A stretch of 64,000 bases of DNA from assembly GCA_043228905.1 (NCBI GenBank), contig JBHGNT010000018.1, forward strand, positions 5,766,001 to 5,830,000, read 5' to 3'. The position numbers were made by a program, and so were the translations under genes. Below the pieces are notes generated by a model. It had not been told where the DNA came from, ran no database searches, and saw nothing but the letters and a program-made list of their open reading frames with translations. This DNA is from Azolla caroliniana. Its lineage: Eukaryota; Plantae; Polypodiophyta. Positions 1 to 13,149 of this stretch are shown here, piece after piece (positions within the stretch are counted from its first letter, which is position 1; each line of letters starts with the position of its first letter).

Positions 1-610
1 AGCTCCATTACCCATGCCCAAGCAGGGACTGGTGCATCTTGTATGACCAACATGCGTAGTTGGATCTATCGAGCTTCTCCATCGGGAGTGAGCTAGCCAT
101 TCATCTGCCCATTACTTCTCTTTCTGTTCTTACCGGGTTGGTTTTCCTTTCAAGCTATGTCGGCTGCAGAGGTTCTCAACCCTCGCGCTCTGATACCATG
201 TAAAAGAGTACGTTGTGCGGAAGCAATAGAAAACCAGAAACAGAAACATAGGTTTAATGGAGAGCTTAGAATATACACATTACACGGGAGAGATAGAGAG
301 AGCACATAGAAACTCAATTCAAAATATTACTCAATCTGTACATCGTATGTGTTCAGTGAACACTTTTATACAAGTCCATACGGACTGACAGAAGTACAGT
401 GTACTTCAATGCTCACACGAGCGTCAGACACTAACTATGAGACATTAACTACCTAGTAGCCTAGGATGTTACTAAGCTTCCGGTTACTGTTGGATCCGGC
501 TAACCAGCTCCCGAGCTCATCGGCTCACCGATCTGGCTCATCCTTCCGGATGCCGATCCGTCTCAGGCTTATTTAGCCGATCCGGATCCGGTTGAGCCTG
601 CCGCTCAACA
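1..610 (-). mobile_element. 5' end of an LTR retrotransposon: LTR 199-610, tRNA-iMet PBS 187-198, leader running off the window
   Basis: Minus strand reads TGTTGAGC...TTTTACA followed immediately by TGGTATCAGAGC (plus gctctgatacca 187-198). Confidence 0.85.
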
Positions 611-1160
611 AGTATGAAAGCCCACAACTTCTGACTATAGTCGTCGATGAAAGTCACAAAGTACTATCCGCCTCAATGTGCGCGATGGAGCATCTACATA
701 ATACACATTCGTGTGTACTAGTTCCAGTGCAACTTCTCTTTTTCTTGGTGGCCGTGTGTGGAATGTTGCTCTGTTTTGCTTTCCGACTAATCAGTTGACA
801 CACTTCTCTAGGTGCACCCCCTTTACTTCTGGTAGAAGCTTCTGGTCGGCTAACAGATGCAATCCCTTCTCACTCATGTGGCCTAGCCTCTTATGCCATA
901 TCTGTCCTGCCAAGTCAGCTGCCACATTCACTTCCGACTTGCTCAGTCGGGCTTGCATCATATACAATGTGCCTTCCTTCTATGCTCGGGCCACTATAAG
1001 ATTTCCTTGGCAAAACTTCCACTTGCCATTCCGAAAACTACCATTATAGCCTTCGTCACCCAATCTTCCAGTCGATATCAGATTCAATCTGATATCGGGG
1101 ACGTGTCGAACATCCTTTAGAGTTAGTCAATGTCGGTAGGTAGACACTTCCCATTCATCA
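611..1160 (-). pseudogene. Ty1/copia GAG-pre-integrase / integrase N-terminal fragment
   Basis: Minus-strand translation gives VRHVPDIRLNLISTGRL...WHKRLGHMSEKGL...ALELVHT, with stops. Confidence 0.8.
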
Positions 1161-1164
1161 ATCC

Positions 1165-1770
1165 ACAAGAAAAGAAATATTTTGAAATACACAATTAGGT
1201 AACACGAGAAAACAATGTGCTCAAATTTGACGTGGAAACCCTAAAACGTGAAAAAAAACCCCATAGAGAACGGAGCTTCACTATATAGTTGATATACAAC
1301 AACGAGATCAGATTACAAAACTCTCTACACAGAGTGTAAACAACCTCGCAGGCCTCTTGGCGTATGCTATTACAGAACACAACTATGGCACCGCTCACTT
1401 CTCTATCGCTCGCTACAATAGAGAATCACAAATTGTTCTCACAACCATAACTATAATGTTTTTCCTAGGTGTATTTATACTAATACATAGTATTTTCTAT
1501 TTATAGATGCAGCCCCTACTATACATCACTACTATTATTATCTATAATAATAATAAGTAGCAATCAGTCAACTCTAGGATCAATTGTCCAGTCGGTCCGA
1601 CTAGTCGGCTTGGTCATCGACCATCTGGTCGGCCCGACTAGTCGGTTGCGTCTTCGACCTGGATCGCCTTTCTATTGACTCACCCAGTCAACTCTCACAA
1701 TCGACTCTTCAACCATCGGTTCTTGGCCCAAACAATCGGCTCCTCCCACTAGAGGGACATATTCCTAACA
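1165..1770 (-). mobile_element. LTR (solo-like), left boundary approximate
   Basis: Minus strand starts TGTTAGGAAT at 1770; U5-like tract (minus GGGTTTCCACGT) similar to the U5 region of other copia LTRs in the window. Confidence 0.55.
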
Positions 1771-2754
1771 GTTCTTTCCTTGGTTGTAAGTCGATAGGGC
1801 AATCGTATGGCCAATGCTCCGGCAATGTATTGGCCTTCACCTTATCAAAGACGTCAGAGAACTCTTTGTATTTGTTTGGTAATTTAATGTTTGCTTCATG
1901 TAAGGTGGATGATGGAGTTGCTACTATTTTGAATACGAACATGTTGTCGTTCACCCCTTCCTCACATACAACCGACGTAGAGAGATGGTCGATAACTTAG
2001 GGATCCGGTATCTGATGTCAGAGATTTGAGGGAGAAGAGCTTTGTTCGTTTTTCTTGGGTCTCCTCAATTGTTCTTTTCATCCAATCAATCTTTGGGTTA
2101 TGGAGTTCAAACCAAGGGAGACCTAGAACTACTAGGTGTTCTGGACTACAAATAATGTTGAAAGAGATTATGCTTGCCAAATCGCCAAGAACCATACGAT
2201 TTGCCTCAGACTCCTCGACTATATCACCTGATGCTATGGGATGGCCATCAATGACTCCTACGGATACTGGGTTCGGGAGCTTATTCAAGTGGATGTTTTT
2301 TGACAATGCAAACTCACGATCCATGAAACAAGAGTTGGCTCTAGAATCTAGGAGGGCAGAGGCTAGGACTCGATGACATGTAGATGTGCTAAGCTCAACT
2401 TGTGCAGAAAAAACTCTACTAACTTGATTTGATGAAATGGAACCACGACTAGGAACTAACTCTACATATCTAGGATGGTCCAATGAAATGGCTCCTATTT
2501 TGGCCAAACTTACTCGTTTAACACGTCCTCTAATTGACTGAAGACATCGAATCTATTCTCATGGCATGGTCTCTTAGGCATACTTATGTTATTAGAAGTA
2601 ATAATGGAACTCAATGTAAGGTTTTCATGTGCACTTACTTGGTATACTTGACGTCTAAATGTGGACAATTCACGACTATATGTCCTGGACCGCCACAATA
2701 TAGGCATAGGTGGTGTGCTCGACGTCGTTGCTTCTCAACATCGGATAAAGGCCT
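1771..2754 (-). pseudogene. Ty3/gypsy gag zinc knuckle, aspartic protease and RT start (degenerate)
   Basis: CLYCGGPGHIVVNC knuckle; ALLDSRANSCF protease motif and VLGLPWFELHNPKIDW (ORF 1962-2507); EFSDVFDK..LPEHWPYDCPIDL (ORF 1709-1954). Confidence 0.85.
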
Positions 2755-2841
2755 TGTTAGGAATAGTACTAAGACAGAGAGGGAATTAGTACTAAAAGAT
2801 GAGAATTAGTACCAAGAGGGGTGTAGAACGAGAGAGAGAAC

Positions 2842-2887
<46 letters not shown>

Positions 2888-4215
2888 TGATATGAAGAGA
2901 ATATACAAGAATTACTAGGAAGCTTAAGACTAGCATTGAAACGATTTGGTTCTCAATAATGCCATGTGCCTCTTTTTATACTGGCTTAGGGATAGTCTTG
3001 ACATTTCTAGAATGTTCCAGAGAAATCTAGAATATACATGGATTTCCTAGGTGAAATAATATTTTTCATATTGCAATGTATATCTTAATTGTAAGGCTTC
3101 AACCCATTTAACAGAATGTCATGGGTTCAAATTCTTTTGAAGCCATACCATGCTATATCATGACACTACCCTCCCCCCCTTAAGACGACGAGTGTTACGA
3201 GTCATCTTAGATGGAGAACCTGGCTTGTCGGGATGTTGCCGATGAAAGTCCTTCACAAGAGCTCGAGCATTTACCACATTCTCGACTAATTCCCAAGTAC
3301 GCTCACTTGTACTATAGCCTAGACAATCAACCAAATAGTAAAGCTTGGAATCGAGGATGGCAACTACTTCGTACTCCGGTTCTACTTCAAGCTCGATCGG
3401 GGGTGAAGGTGGTGTAATACGATTCGGAATAGTAATGTCTTGATACGGTTTGAGAAAATCCGCACGAAAAACCGGATGTATCCCTAGTTGTGGAGGTAGA
3501 TCGAGACGAAATGCGACTTCATTAATTTTTTCGATAATATGCAAAGGACCTAATTGTCGATAGTCCAATTTATCGCATGGGTGAGTAGTCTTGATGTGTC
3601 GTAGTAATAACCATAACCGATCTCCAATGTTAAAACTGAATGGAAGCCGATGACGATCTACATAATCCTTCGGTGTTTGTTGAGCTCGATGTAAATGAGT
3701 AGATAAGTTTTCCTGTATCTTGTGTTGCCGCTCCAAACGATCCTTTGCACAAGGATTTGTGGGTAACTCTGGAGTTTTGAATACACACCACCGAGGATGA
3801 TAGCCTGTATAAGCATAAAATGGTGTGATATGAGTTATTATACGCAAATTCGGCAAAGTGGAGAATATCCGCCCAGTCATCTTGTTGATAGCATAGTAAA
3901 CACTGAAGATATTGTTCCAGCGTTTGATTTGTTCGTTCTACTTGTCCATCTGTTTGTGGGTGGTAGCCGGAGGAGAGGTTACAAGTGACCTTGAGCATTT
4001 TGAAGAGATTCTTCTAGAATTTCTAGATGAATTGGGGTCCACGGTCGTTGATGATACTATCAAGGAGGCCATGATGCGGACATACCTCATGCATGACAGT
4101 TTTAGCGGTTTCTTCACTAGTGATTTCCTTAGTACAAGGTAGAAAATGTGCCATCTTCGTATATCGATCTACTACTGTTAAGATCACATCGAATCCCTTT
4201 GAAATTGGAAGATCT
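2755..4215 (-). mobile_element. 3' part of a chromovirus (Ty3/gypsy): integrase plus chromodomain, PPT and 3' LTR 2755-3165
   Basis: VVDRYTKMAHF, YHPQTDGQVERTNQ, chromodomain EYEVVAILDSK..YLVDCLGY..ERTWE; PPT AGGGGGGAGGGTAG then TGTCA at 3165; LTR ends ..CTAACA at 2755. Confidence 0.85.
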
Positions 4216-4317
4216 TTGCTGAAATCTAGAGAAAACACGTTCGCGTTCACAAGTGGAAGGATTGCGCATTCCACTTGTAGAATCTTCTTAAAACGAAGAA
4301 AATACACCCTCTCAACA
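4215..4317 (-). mobile_element. Fragment of an LTR 5' end
   Basis: Minus strand begins TGTTGAGAGGG at 4317; contains a 10-bp inverted repeat acaagtggaa/ttccacttgt. Confidence 0.45.
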
Positions 4318-7235
4318 ATAATTGGATGCACTAGTATCACATGTTCCTCAACTTGATAAGAATTTGCAAATATAAAAATACATGATAGATCTACGAGTAA
4401 AGAGAATTAGAAATCATGCAAGTTTAGACATGTTGATAAGTTAATGTAGGCATAATAAAGTTCAACTATGGCTCAATATGGCACTATTGTGCGACAAGGG
4501 AAACACTAACTTAAAGACTTATATTAATTAGGTAGGTTTTACAAAAATATGAGGTGTACTTGTATCCATACTAATAAAATGAGATATAATTTATACTTTG
4601 ACCCATACGTGCATGTATGTAATTGTGGAAAATGTAGGATAGTGCACATTAGGATAAGTGATTGGAATAACTAACTTATTAAAGTATTCAATACTTATAT
4701 TAAAAGTTGATCTAATCTTTTCCTCAGTTTGTTCATATGGGATCAAACCATATGTGTATATAAATGTGCACAATGTAAGGCAATGAACTTTAGGATAATG
4801 TCGTGGAAATAACAAACCTATTAGGCTTTCATACCTGTATTTAAAATTGATCTACTCTATTGCTTAGGTGATTCACACAAGATCAAACTCCGAACGATAA
4901 CGCAACTGGAACCATTATCAACACACTACACAATCTAAGCAGCAATGGAATAGAAACATAATAGTTTTAACAATATAAGACAAAGATCCATAATAACAAC
5001 ATGGACAGTCATGGCAACAATTATAGGGCCATGTTCTGTTAAGGTTAGCTTGGACCAAAATCAGCCTCCATTTAAGCTAGTTCATGTTTCTCCATAAGTT
5101 TGGTAGTCAGCTATGCACGCGGTGAAACCAATATCATAAATCTACTAATCAAGTATATAAAAATAAAATTGAAACATATAGATGATTATAAAGAATAGAA
5201 TCCACTAGGTAAAACCCAAAATTTGTATTAATAATGTGAAATCTTAACAAATCGTCAGTGTCATATTCTTTATAGAGTCTATTACATAGCAATCAATTCA
5301 TCAACGTCATTTTCTTCATCATCTTGTGTAGAACTCTCTTCGGCTATACGTGCATTGGTTTCCCCTGTTAGCTGAGCCAACGAAATATCTTCTATAAGCT
5401 CATCATCAAGCTCTATTAGCTCCCCCGGTTCGCCGGCTAACGGAGGAATAGGCTCTCGCGAAGCAGGTTGAAACCTTTCTGTATTGGCGAGGTTCTTTGC
5501 ACCGACCTCCTCATCCTGGTCTGGGCACTCCCACAAAGCCTTAATCCGCATATTAATAAATATAACTTGGTCCTCGTCCTTCTCCAATGCAACTGTATTT
5601 CTAAACAGCTTCAATGCACATGCTGACGTAGTTCCTATGATGTAAGTAACAAGAAGATTTAGTTGTCAAACGAAAAAAAAGTGATTGGTTATCTCAAGAT
5701 CGTTACCCTAGTTCGAGGAATACCTGTGCCAGAAAAGAGATCTAATATCCAGTCTCCTTCGACAGAAAACATCTCGATCAAGCGCATCATAAGTCGTTGA
5801 GGTTTTTGGTATGGGTTGACAAGTCCCCGTTCTGTCGTGGTGACATGTCGCAATTTCCGAGTCACTGCTGGATATACCAACAGATTTGAACCTCCCACTT
5901 CATTAGAATGCTCTTTGATTCTCTGTTTTTTAATTTCATCGAAGTAGCCAACCGTTATGTATTCAATGGCATTAACGAACCGAAAAGTTGGCCCTCTATT
6001 TACATTGGTCTTGATCCTATAAAAAATAATTCATCGAGTTAAGAATAGATTCAACAACCTTAAGAATTGCAATATAATGAAGGACACCTATAAATAATCC
6101 TTACCATGCAAGGTTCTCGATGCCATGGCAACGAGATCTCAAAGCTTGAGCTACCGAGTACCCTTGGTCCATACTATGAAAGACAACTATTCGCCACAAG
6201 GATGCGGTCGTTAGCTCAGCGAAATCCTTGACCATCTTCTCCAATTGTTTAAACCTAAACGGTTCATCGTCGTATGATGACCCAGCCATTCGAAATCCGT
6301 AAGGAATATCCGCAATCATTAGCGTATATTCCTTCTTTGGCACCTTCTGGATCAAGTCGATGACATCACCGCAAACCACATTGTAGTAAAGATCTCTCGT
6401 AATATTTTTTTTGTGGCTAAATTTTTTAAACGAGCCATCTTCCTCCATTTCGTACGCCTTGACTAAGCGACGATCCTTTTCTTTTCTGGCTCGCTCGAGA
6501 TGTGCAAGGAAGGATGTAGGGAAATCGTGTATATCCTTAACTTCTCCTTGTTTCTTGCCTCGACACGGTTTCTAATAGAAGCAATAGGACATCAGGTATT
6601 ATTATACAAGCTCTACATATGATGAAAGGGTAATGAAAAAACATGAATACTAACCCAATCCTTGAATGCAATAAAATACTCTGATAACGCCTTATACGAA
6701 GACGTTAGAGGATAATCCTCGGTCACTTGTTCCCAAGTTATACATCCAAGTTGTTTCATCATAACTTCTTGGATCTTCATGTACACCTTATGACTGTAAA
6801 ATTAGAAATCAAGATTAGAACTTTGAATTACACCAGATAGACTACAATTTCAGTATTTGAAAGACTTACTTATTGAACTCAGTGACCATTTCTTCAAGGT
6901 TTAAATCTTTCGCCACAACCCTTGACAAAACCGACACAAGAAGCTGCTCGTCCTTAATACCTTGCATCGCTCTCCATAGAGACAGCTTCATGTCGTCTGC
7001 CGCTTCTTCAATTGTCAAGTCAATTTTCTTGGCGGCTTGTGACTTTAATTCTAGTTGAGGGTCAACCCTACATTTCTTTTGTCGTTGACCCTTTACCTCC
7101 TTATTCTCCCACATTGAGAATATTTGATCTTGGAGGTCCCATACTTCTCCATCTCTAAACGCCAATTGAAACCAAGACTCATACTTTCGAAGACCATCGG
7201 ACCTAACATTATCATCTACCACAATGCCGACTTCA
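4318..7235 (-). mobile_element. Arm of a DNA transposon carrying a DNA amino-methyltransferase gene; truncated at both ends by LTR sequences
   Basis: Motif gatgcactagtatcacatgt at 4325-4344 matches the inverted terminal motifs of the 14573-16366 element, which also carries a remnant of the same methyltransferase. Confidence 0.65.
5282..7235 (-). CDS. Beta-class DNA amino-methyltransferase (N6-adenine/N4-cytosine, N6_N4_Mtase-like) with an N-terminal helical extension; 5'-truncated; exons ~7235-6870, 6793-6655, 6571-6105, 6016-5724, 5634-5282
   Basis: Four GT-AG introns (76, 83, 88, 89 bp) join a stop-free frame of ~530 codons: VVCGDVIDLI..LMIADIPYG (motif IV), WIKTN..IEYI, NPYQKPQRLMMRLIEMFSVEGDWILDLFSGTGTTSACALKLFRNTVALEKD (motif X/I). 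Confidence 0.88.
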
Positions 7236-7783
7236 TGCAGTACAAAACAGTGAGTACACCGAGGCAACGACCTCGAACTCACGATCTTTGCCACAGGCGG
7301 CGGTTACAACAGAGGCAACAACCTCGTCTCTCTCTGTGTACAGTTACGCGCTCTCTCTTCTTCTTGCACCAACAAGGAAGTATGACAACAACTACAACAA
7401 CTATATTAGTTTGCCCTAAGTCATATTTATACTAATATGACTCTTTGGCTATTTACAAGTATAGCCACGATGGCCTCTCAGAAAACATATTTACGAATAT
7501 GTCTCTTCCTCCGGTTCATACCGGGTCTGCACCATCCGGCTCTCCGTAGCCGGGTACTCCTCATCCGGTTCACACCGGGCCTGCACCATCCGGCTCTCCG
7601 TAGCTGGGTACTACTCATCCGGTTCACACCGGGCCTGTATCATCCGGCTCTCCATAGCCGAGTACTACTCATCCGGTTCACACCGGGCCTGTATCATCCG
7701 GCTCTCCGTAGCCGGGTACTCCTCATCCGTTTCGTCGGCACTGTTCTTCTCCCTTCCCATCCGGAGGGACCTGTCTCCCAACA
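7236..7783 (-). mobile_element. 3'-truncated copia LTR (TGTTGGGA family) with four 54-bp tandem repeats at 7511-7726
   Basis: Minus strand starts TGTTGGGAGAC at 7783; shares blocks (gacatat, aaatatgacttagggc, gaggtcgttgcctc) with LTR 40973-41492. Confidence 0.75.
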
Positions 7784-8289
7784 TCATGCACTACATGCAT
7801 GACTTGTACCCTCCAATGCATCATATGCATGGGGGCACCTATTTAAATGGTGAGAGAAAAGACAAAAGGAAGAGATATGTACGAGATATCAATCAAATTA
7901 TGTATTACATAAGAGATACCATAAAAATAGATAAAGAAGGGAAGAAGTTTAACATAAAGGTGGAGCTCTAGCTTGGCGGTCGTGGTGGTCAACTCTCAAC
8001 AAGAGGGAGGCGGTTCGAGCTTTATCTTCATCAAAATATTGAAGTGAAGATTGCAAGAAAGAGAAGAGCGATTACCTTGCAAGACAAAGTTCAGAGGTTC
8101 AACGACGTGTACAACCACTTTTGTAACTCTTTCATCAAATAATTATAAATCTCTTTTATTGCTTCAAATATCATTCTATATCCTATCTTGCCATATCTTG
8201 TTGATCACTATTTATCTATCTCTACTCTTTCATCTCTTCCGTCCATAATCCCAGTGATTCCTTCCTCACTTTCACGATATCTTTTGTCT

Positions 8290-11200
8290 ACGCAACGCTA
8301 CGCTTCTAGGCGAGCCACGCCACGATAGCGGAACGTGAGCAAAGGTCAACTCGACGTAGTCCATTCCGACGTATGGGGACCGGCGCAGACGGCTACATTC
8401 GGTGGATGCCGATATTACGTGCTCTTCATCGACAACTTTTCTAGGCACACTTGGATCTATCCGATGCGGCAAAAGAGCGAAGTGTTCGGACACTTCCAAA
8501 AATTCAAGAATGAAGTCGAGAAAGCCATGGGCCGACATGTACGATGTCTCCAATCGGATGGTGGCAAGGAGTACTTGGATGATTTCACGGCGTATCTCCG
8601 AAAGGAAGGAATTCGACAAGAATTCACTTGCCGACACACCCTGCAACAAAACGGAGTAGCCGAGCGCAAAAATTGGCACATCCTCGAAGTAGCGCGGGCC
8701 ATGATGAACGAGAAGCATATGCTGAAGTCATATTGGGCTGAAGCTACAAATATGGTCGTCTACCTAATGAACCGGTGCACAACATCCGGTGTGCATGAGG
8801 TCACTCCGCACGAAAAATACTTCGGAAAGAAGTCAGACTTATCGCACATCCGCATATTCGGCGCGATAGCGTACATGCAAATCCCCAACGAGAAGCGTCA
8901 AAAGCTTGACCCGAAGTCAGAGAAATATATCCTCGTAGGATACTCACTTGAGCAAAAGGGGTACAAGTGCTACAACCCCTCAACTTGAAAATCTCGAGTA
9001 AGTCGAGACATCATTTTCGACGAGTCCACATCCTGGTACGCACCAGAGACAACTCTGACTCTGACTCCGCTCGACCCGGAATCCGCCGAACAAGAGATAG
9101 AGGATGAAGATCACCTTACGCGCATGTTCAAAGAAAGTCCGATCACGACCCAACTGAGCGGACCACAAGAGCCTTTGAGCGATCAAAGCACATCACGGCC
9201 TAGCCCAAAGATGGACAAAGGCAAGGCGAAAATGTCGGAATACGAAGACGATCGCTTCAACGGCGATGAATCAACTCACTCACTCGATAGTGAGTTTGGC
9301 GGCTTCGATGTACCAATCGGAGCTAAGAAAGCCCTCATCTCTGCAAATGAAAAGCTTTGCAGATCCACTCGTGAAAAGAACCCCGTAAGCCGTTTTGGCT
9401 ACAACAATTATATGGCGTACCATTACACCTTTATGATCAAGGTAGCGATAGTATGGGAGCCGGAAACCTTTTCCGAAGCCGCGAAGGACCCGCCATGGAT
9501 TGAAGCAATGAACGAGGAGATGTAGGCACTACAGAAGAACGAGACGTGGGATCTCATTCCCACCTCACCACACAAAAAGGCGATCGGATGCAGATGGATT
9601 TACAAAGTGAAGTACAACGCCGACGGTTCCGTCAAGCACTACAAAGCGTGACTCGTAGTGAAAGGCTACGCACAAACGCATGGAGTTGACTACGAAGAGA
9701 CCTTTGCCCCGGCGGCAAAGATGACGACGATACGAAATGTAATTGCTCTTGTCACGGTGAAAGGGTGGCACCTCCATCAAATGGACGTCAAGAACACCTT
9801 TCTACAAGGCGAATTAGAAGAGGAGGTGTACATGATCCAACCACTCGGCTTCAACTCAAGCACCCATCCGAAAGCTATTTGCCGACTCAAGAAGCCACTC
9901 TACGGCCTCAAGCAAGCACCGCGTGCTTGGCATTCGAAGATAATGCAATATCGTCATCAAATCGGCTTCCATATGTCAAAATCGGACAACTCCCTCTACA
10001 TATGAAGCGATTCCGCAAGTCTGATCGTCATCATCTTATATGTGGATGACCTAGTCATTAGAGGTGAGCATCTCGTCAAAATCAATAATGTCAAATCCCT
10101 CCTTTCCGACAAGTTCGAGATGACGGACATGAAGGAACTCCACTACTTCCTCGGCATCGAGGTAATTCGGACTCCGGCCGGAATCATGATTTCTCAACGG
10201 CACTACATCCTCAACTTGTTATACAAGTTCGATATGGCTAAGTGCAAATCCGTGGCAATGCTCGATCGTAATCTCAAACTAGATGCGAACTCCGTCACCA
10301 AAGCGTGTGAGCCAACTCAATATCGGCAACTCATCGGGAGTCTCATCTACCTCACGATCACTCGACACGATCTTAGTTATCCGGTAGGTCTCCTCAGTCA
10401 ATTCATGCAAACACCGTATGATACTCACTTGGATTGCGCTAAGCGAGTTCTACGGTACGTGAGCGGCACAATGGATTGCAACATCCTCTACAAAACCACG
10501 ATGCCAATACGCCTCGAGGGGTACATAGATGTTGATTGGGCCGGCTACAAAGCCGATAGAAGATCAACCTCCGGATTTGTTTTCTCCCTCGGCAGCGGAG
10601 CAATATCCTGGAGTAGCAAGAAGCAACCTACCGTCGCTCTTTCGAGTATGGAGGCGAAATACCGGAGCGCAGCCGTAGCCGCATGTGAAGCCGTATGGCT
10701 CAAAAGGATACTCAAGGATCTGGGCGTACCCATCAAGGATCCGACTTCCCTTTACTACAACAACATGAGCAGTATCTATCTAGCTTGGAACCCGGTGTTC
10801 CACGTGCGGACAAAGCACATCAAAGTGCACTATCACTTCATCCGAGAGCGCGTTCTAGCTGGCGATGTAGACCTACAACACATTAGCACCAATCTTCAAA
10901 TGGCTGACATCTTCACTGAATCCTTAGGAGCCGACAAGCTATGGCAATTCATGACCGATCTCGGATTGACGATCCCTGACCTGCCAAGCTTGAGAGGGAG
11001 TACTGAAGACATTACGCAATAACGTGTGGATTCCGCAAACTGCACACACTACACAAGAACACGTGGATTACGCAACCACGCAACGAAGTCGCGAAGAGCC
11101 GATCTACCGCGCAAAGCCGTGAAGAAAGACGCAAGCCGAAGCACAGACTTTGCAACTACGCACAACACAAGCTAGAGCACGGATTTTGCAACTCCGCATA

Positions 11201-11672
11201 AATGCGAGTTGACGCGAGTTGAAGCGGATTTCGGATACCGTCTGAAACCAACCCGACTTGAGCTTGAGGGGGCTTTTTGAGAATCAAGCTCAACTTGGTC
11301 TAGAGTGTGAACTCACCTTGAGAGTGAATAGACACTCCAACGGTCAAGAGTCACCATTATGTCACCTCTTTGTATTCTAGCATTTAGTATGAGTCATAGA
11401 ATCATATTCTATGACACATAACTTATGAGCTTTCACATTCCCCATACTCCATGAGTTTTGTAGTTAATGAAGAGAGAGGGTGACTATATAATGCACCCTC
11501 CTCCCACCTTGTACTATGTTGAGTCTTTCTCCTTTGTTAATATACTCTTACCTTGCGTATTCTCTGTGTCTTATTCCTTGTCTCTGTCTCACTCTCTCTC
11601 TCTCTCATACACACACATAACTCATATCTCTTCCACTTCACAAGAATCCATCTCTTGATTCTTTACACAACA
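8290..11672 (+). mobile_element. 5'-truncated Ty1/copia: integrase, RT, RNase H (stops and frameshifts), PPT and 3' LTR ~11275-11672
   Basis: VHSDVWGP..QNGVAERKN; KGYAQTHGVDYEETFAP; YVDD; [27 protein letters not shown]; GAGGGGG PPT before the LTR, which ends ACAACA. Confidence 0.9.
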
Positions 11673-12225
11673 TGCCTACTAGTCCCACTCGTGATGCATC
11701 TGTGGGATATCAAGAAGGATGCATATGAAGTACCAAACATACTTGATTAAGAAATCCTCTAAACTATGATCCTGTTCCATCGAACTTCATAGGAAGACCG
11801 ATCTTGGGTTCTTTGGGAATCCCTTGAATGCTTGGTCCCTGTTGTTGCAATGACACAATCGTTGCTTCAAGTTGTTGCATGCGTAACATCAACTCCCCGT
11901 GTTGTTGTTATTTTTCTAGAGCTATTTGTTGAAGATCCCCCAACAAACGTTGATTTTCATGTTTTAGTGCTACAAACTTTTCTTTTAAGCACTGGAGCTC
12001 CAAGAAAATGGATTGGTATTCTTGAGCGTTAACAGTTGCCATTTAGTATTGGAGGAAGGAAGGATAAGAGGATTAGTATGACGGGAAGGAGGGATAAGAA
12101 TATGAGAAATTCAGTTCAAACTATCAAGGATAGTACTAAAGGCAGGGAGAATTATTACTAAAGATAGAGGGTAAGAATGAGGATTAGTACTAAGAAGGGG
12201 AAGAATGTGTGAGAGTCACGAGAGG

Positions 12226-12269
<44 letters not shown>

Positions 12270-12564
12270 TGACAACAAGAAATATATTATATGAAGAAAG
12301 ATACAAGAACAACTAGGAGGCTTAAGACTGGCGTTGAACTGAATTGGTTCGAAATAATGGATTGTGCCTCTATTTATAGTGTTGTCTACTGAAGTTTCTA
12401 GAATGTTCCAGAGTAATTTGGAATATACATGAATTTCCAATAGTGAAATAATAAATGAAAATAAAAAATATTTTTTGTATTACAACGCATATTTTAATGG
12501 TAAGGGTTCAACCCGTGTAATACAAGGTCATGAGTTCAAACCCTTTTGGAGCCATACCATGACA
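11673..12564 (-). mobile_element. 5' end of a chromovirus-type gypsy: LTR ~12122-12564 and gag N-terminus
   Basis: LTR homologous to 2755-3165 (starts TGTCATGG at 12564); minus frame gives KEPKIGLPMKFDG..FRGFLNQV..YPTDASRVGLVG (gag). Confidence 0.75.
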
Positions 12565-12740
12565 GGAGTTCAACAACATTTGATAAAAGGATATGTCGGT
12601 GGCCGACTATACCTCCAAGATCAAGGATATCTGCAACGCCTTGGGATGCATCAAGGTGATGGTGGAGGAAGACAAAATGGTGCAGATTTTCCTGGGAGGT
12701 CTAGCGCAGACATATGGGCTATTTGTTGATGGGGTGGGGG

Positions 12741-13100
12741 GTTGATCATGAGGGGGGAAGAGGGATGGAAGTGAGAGACATAAGAAACGTAGAGAGGGAA
12801 CTTCTTGTATGTTTTCATTCATGCTCTATATGGGGTTATATAGTTACATGAGGGTCATACATCAACGAGATATGTAGGGTTACATACCCCTCAAGCCATT
12901 CATACACACAACTTACTCGCACTCTTTTATATCTACACACAAGCACACAAATGCGCATATGTTCATATACATACGAACATACTCACACTAACTCTTGTGC
13001 ACATGTGCACATGTACACTTAAAACAAGACTTCATACAAAGACTTTCACACTCATGCACGCATCCACGTACAATCGTACGGATAACACTTGGCACACCCA
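12741..13100 (+). mobile_element. LTR 12741-13087 preceded by a G-rich PPT-like tract and followed by a PBS-like TGGCACACCCA
   Basis: Clearly homologous to LTR 40455-40790 (aaacgtagagagggaacttcttgtatg...gataaca); TGG-initiated PBS-like sequence at 13090. Confidence 0.7.
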
Positions 13101-13149
13101 TGAGACAGTGCATTGCACAGTTGAACCCATATGGCTATACCATAAACAT

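Noticed and set aside
5282-7235. Methyltransferase as bacterial contamination or part of a restriction-modification system
   Set aside because: It has four frame-preserving GT-AG introns, is embedded among plant retroelements, has a diverged second copy nearby, and no nuclease gene is visible.
7437-7802. Repetitive ORF (RFTPGLHHPALRSRVLLI)n, and similar ORFs at 30280-30764
   Set aside because: By-products of 54-bp and 53-bp tandem repeats; no domain signal.
2755-12564. LTRs 2755-3165 and 12122-12564 as the two ends of one element enclosing the MTase
   Set aside because: Same family but visibly diverged with many indels, and no matching TSD.
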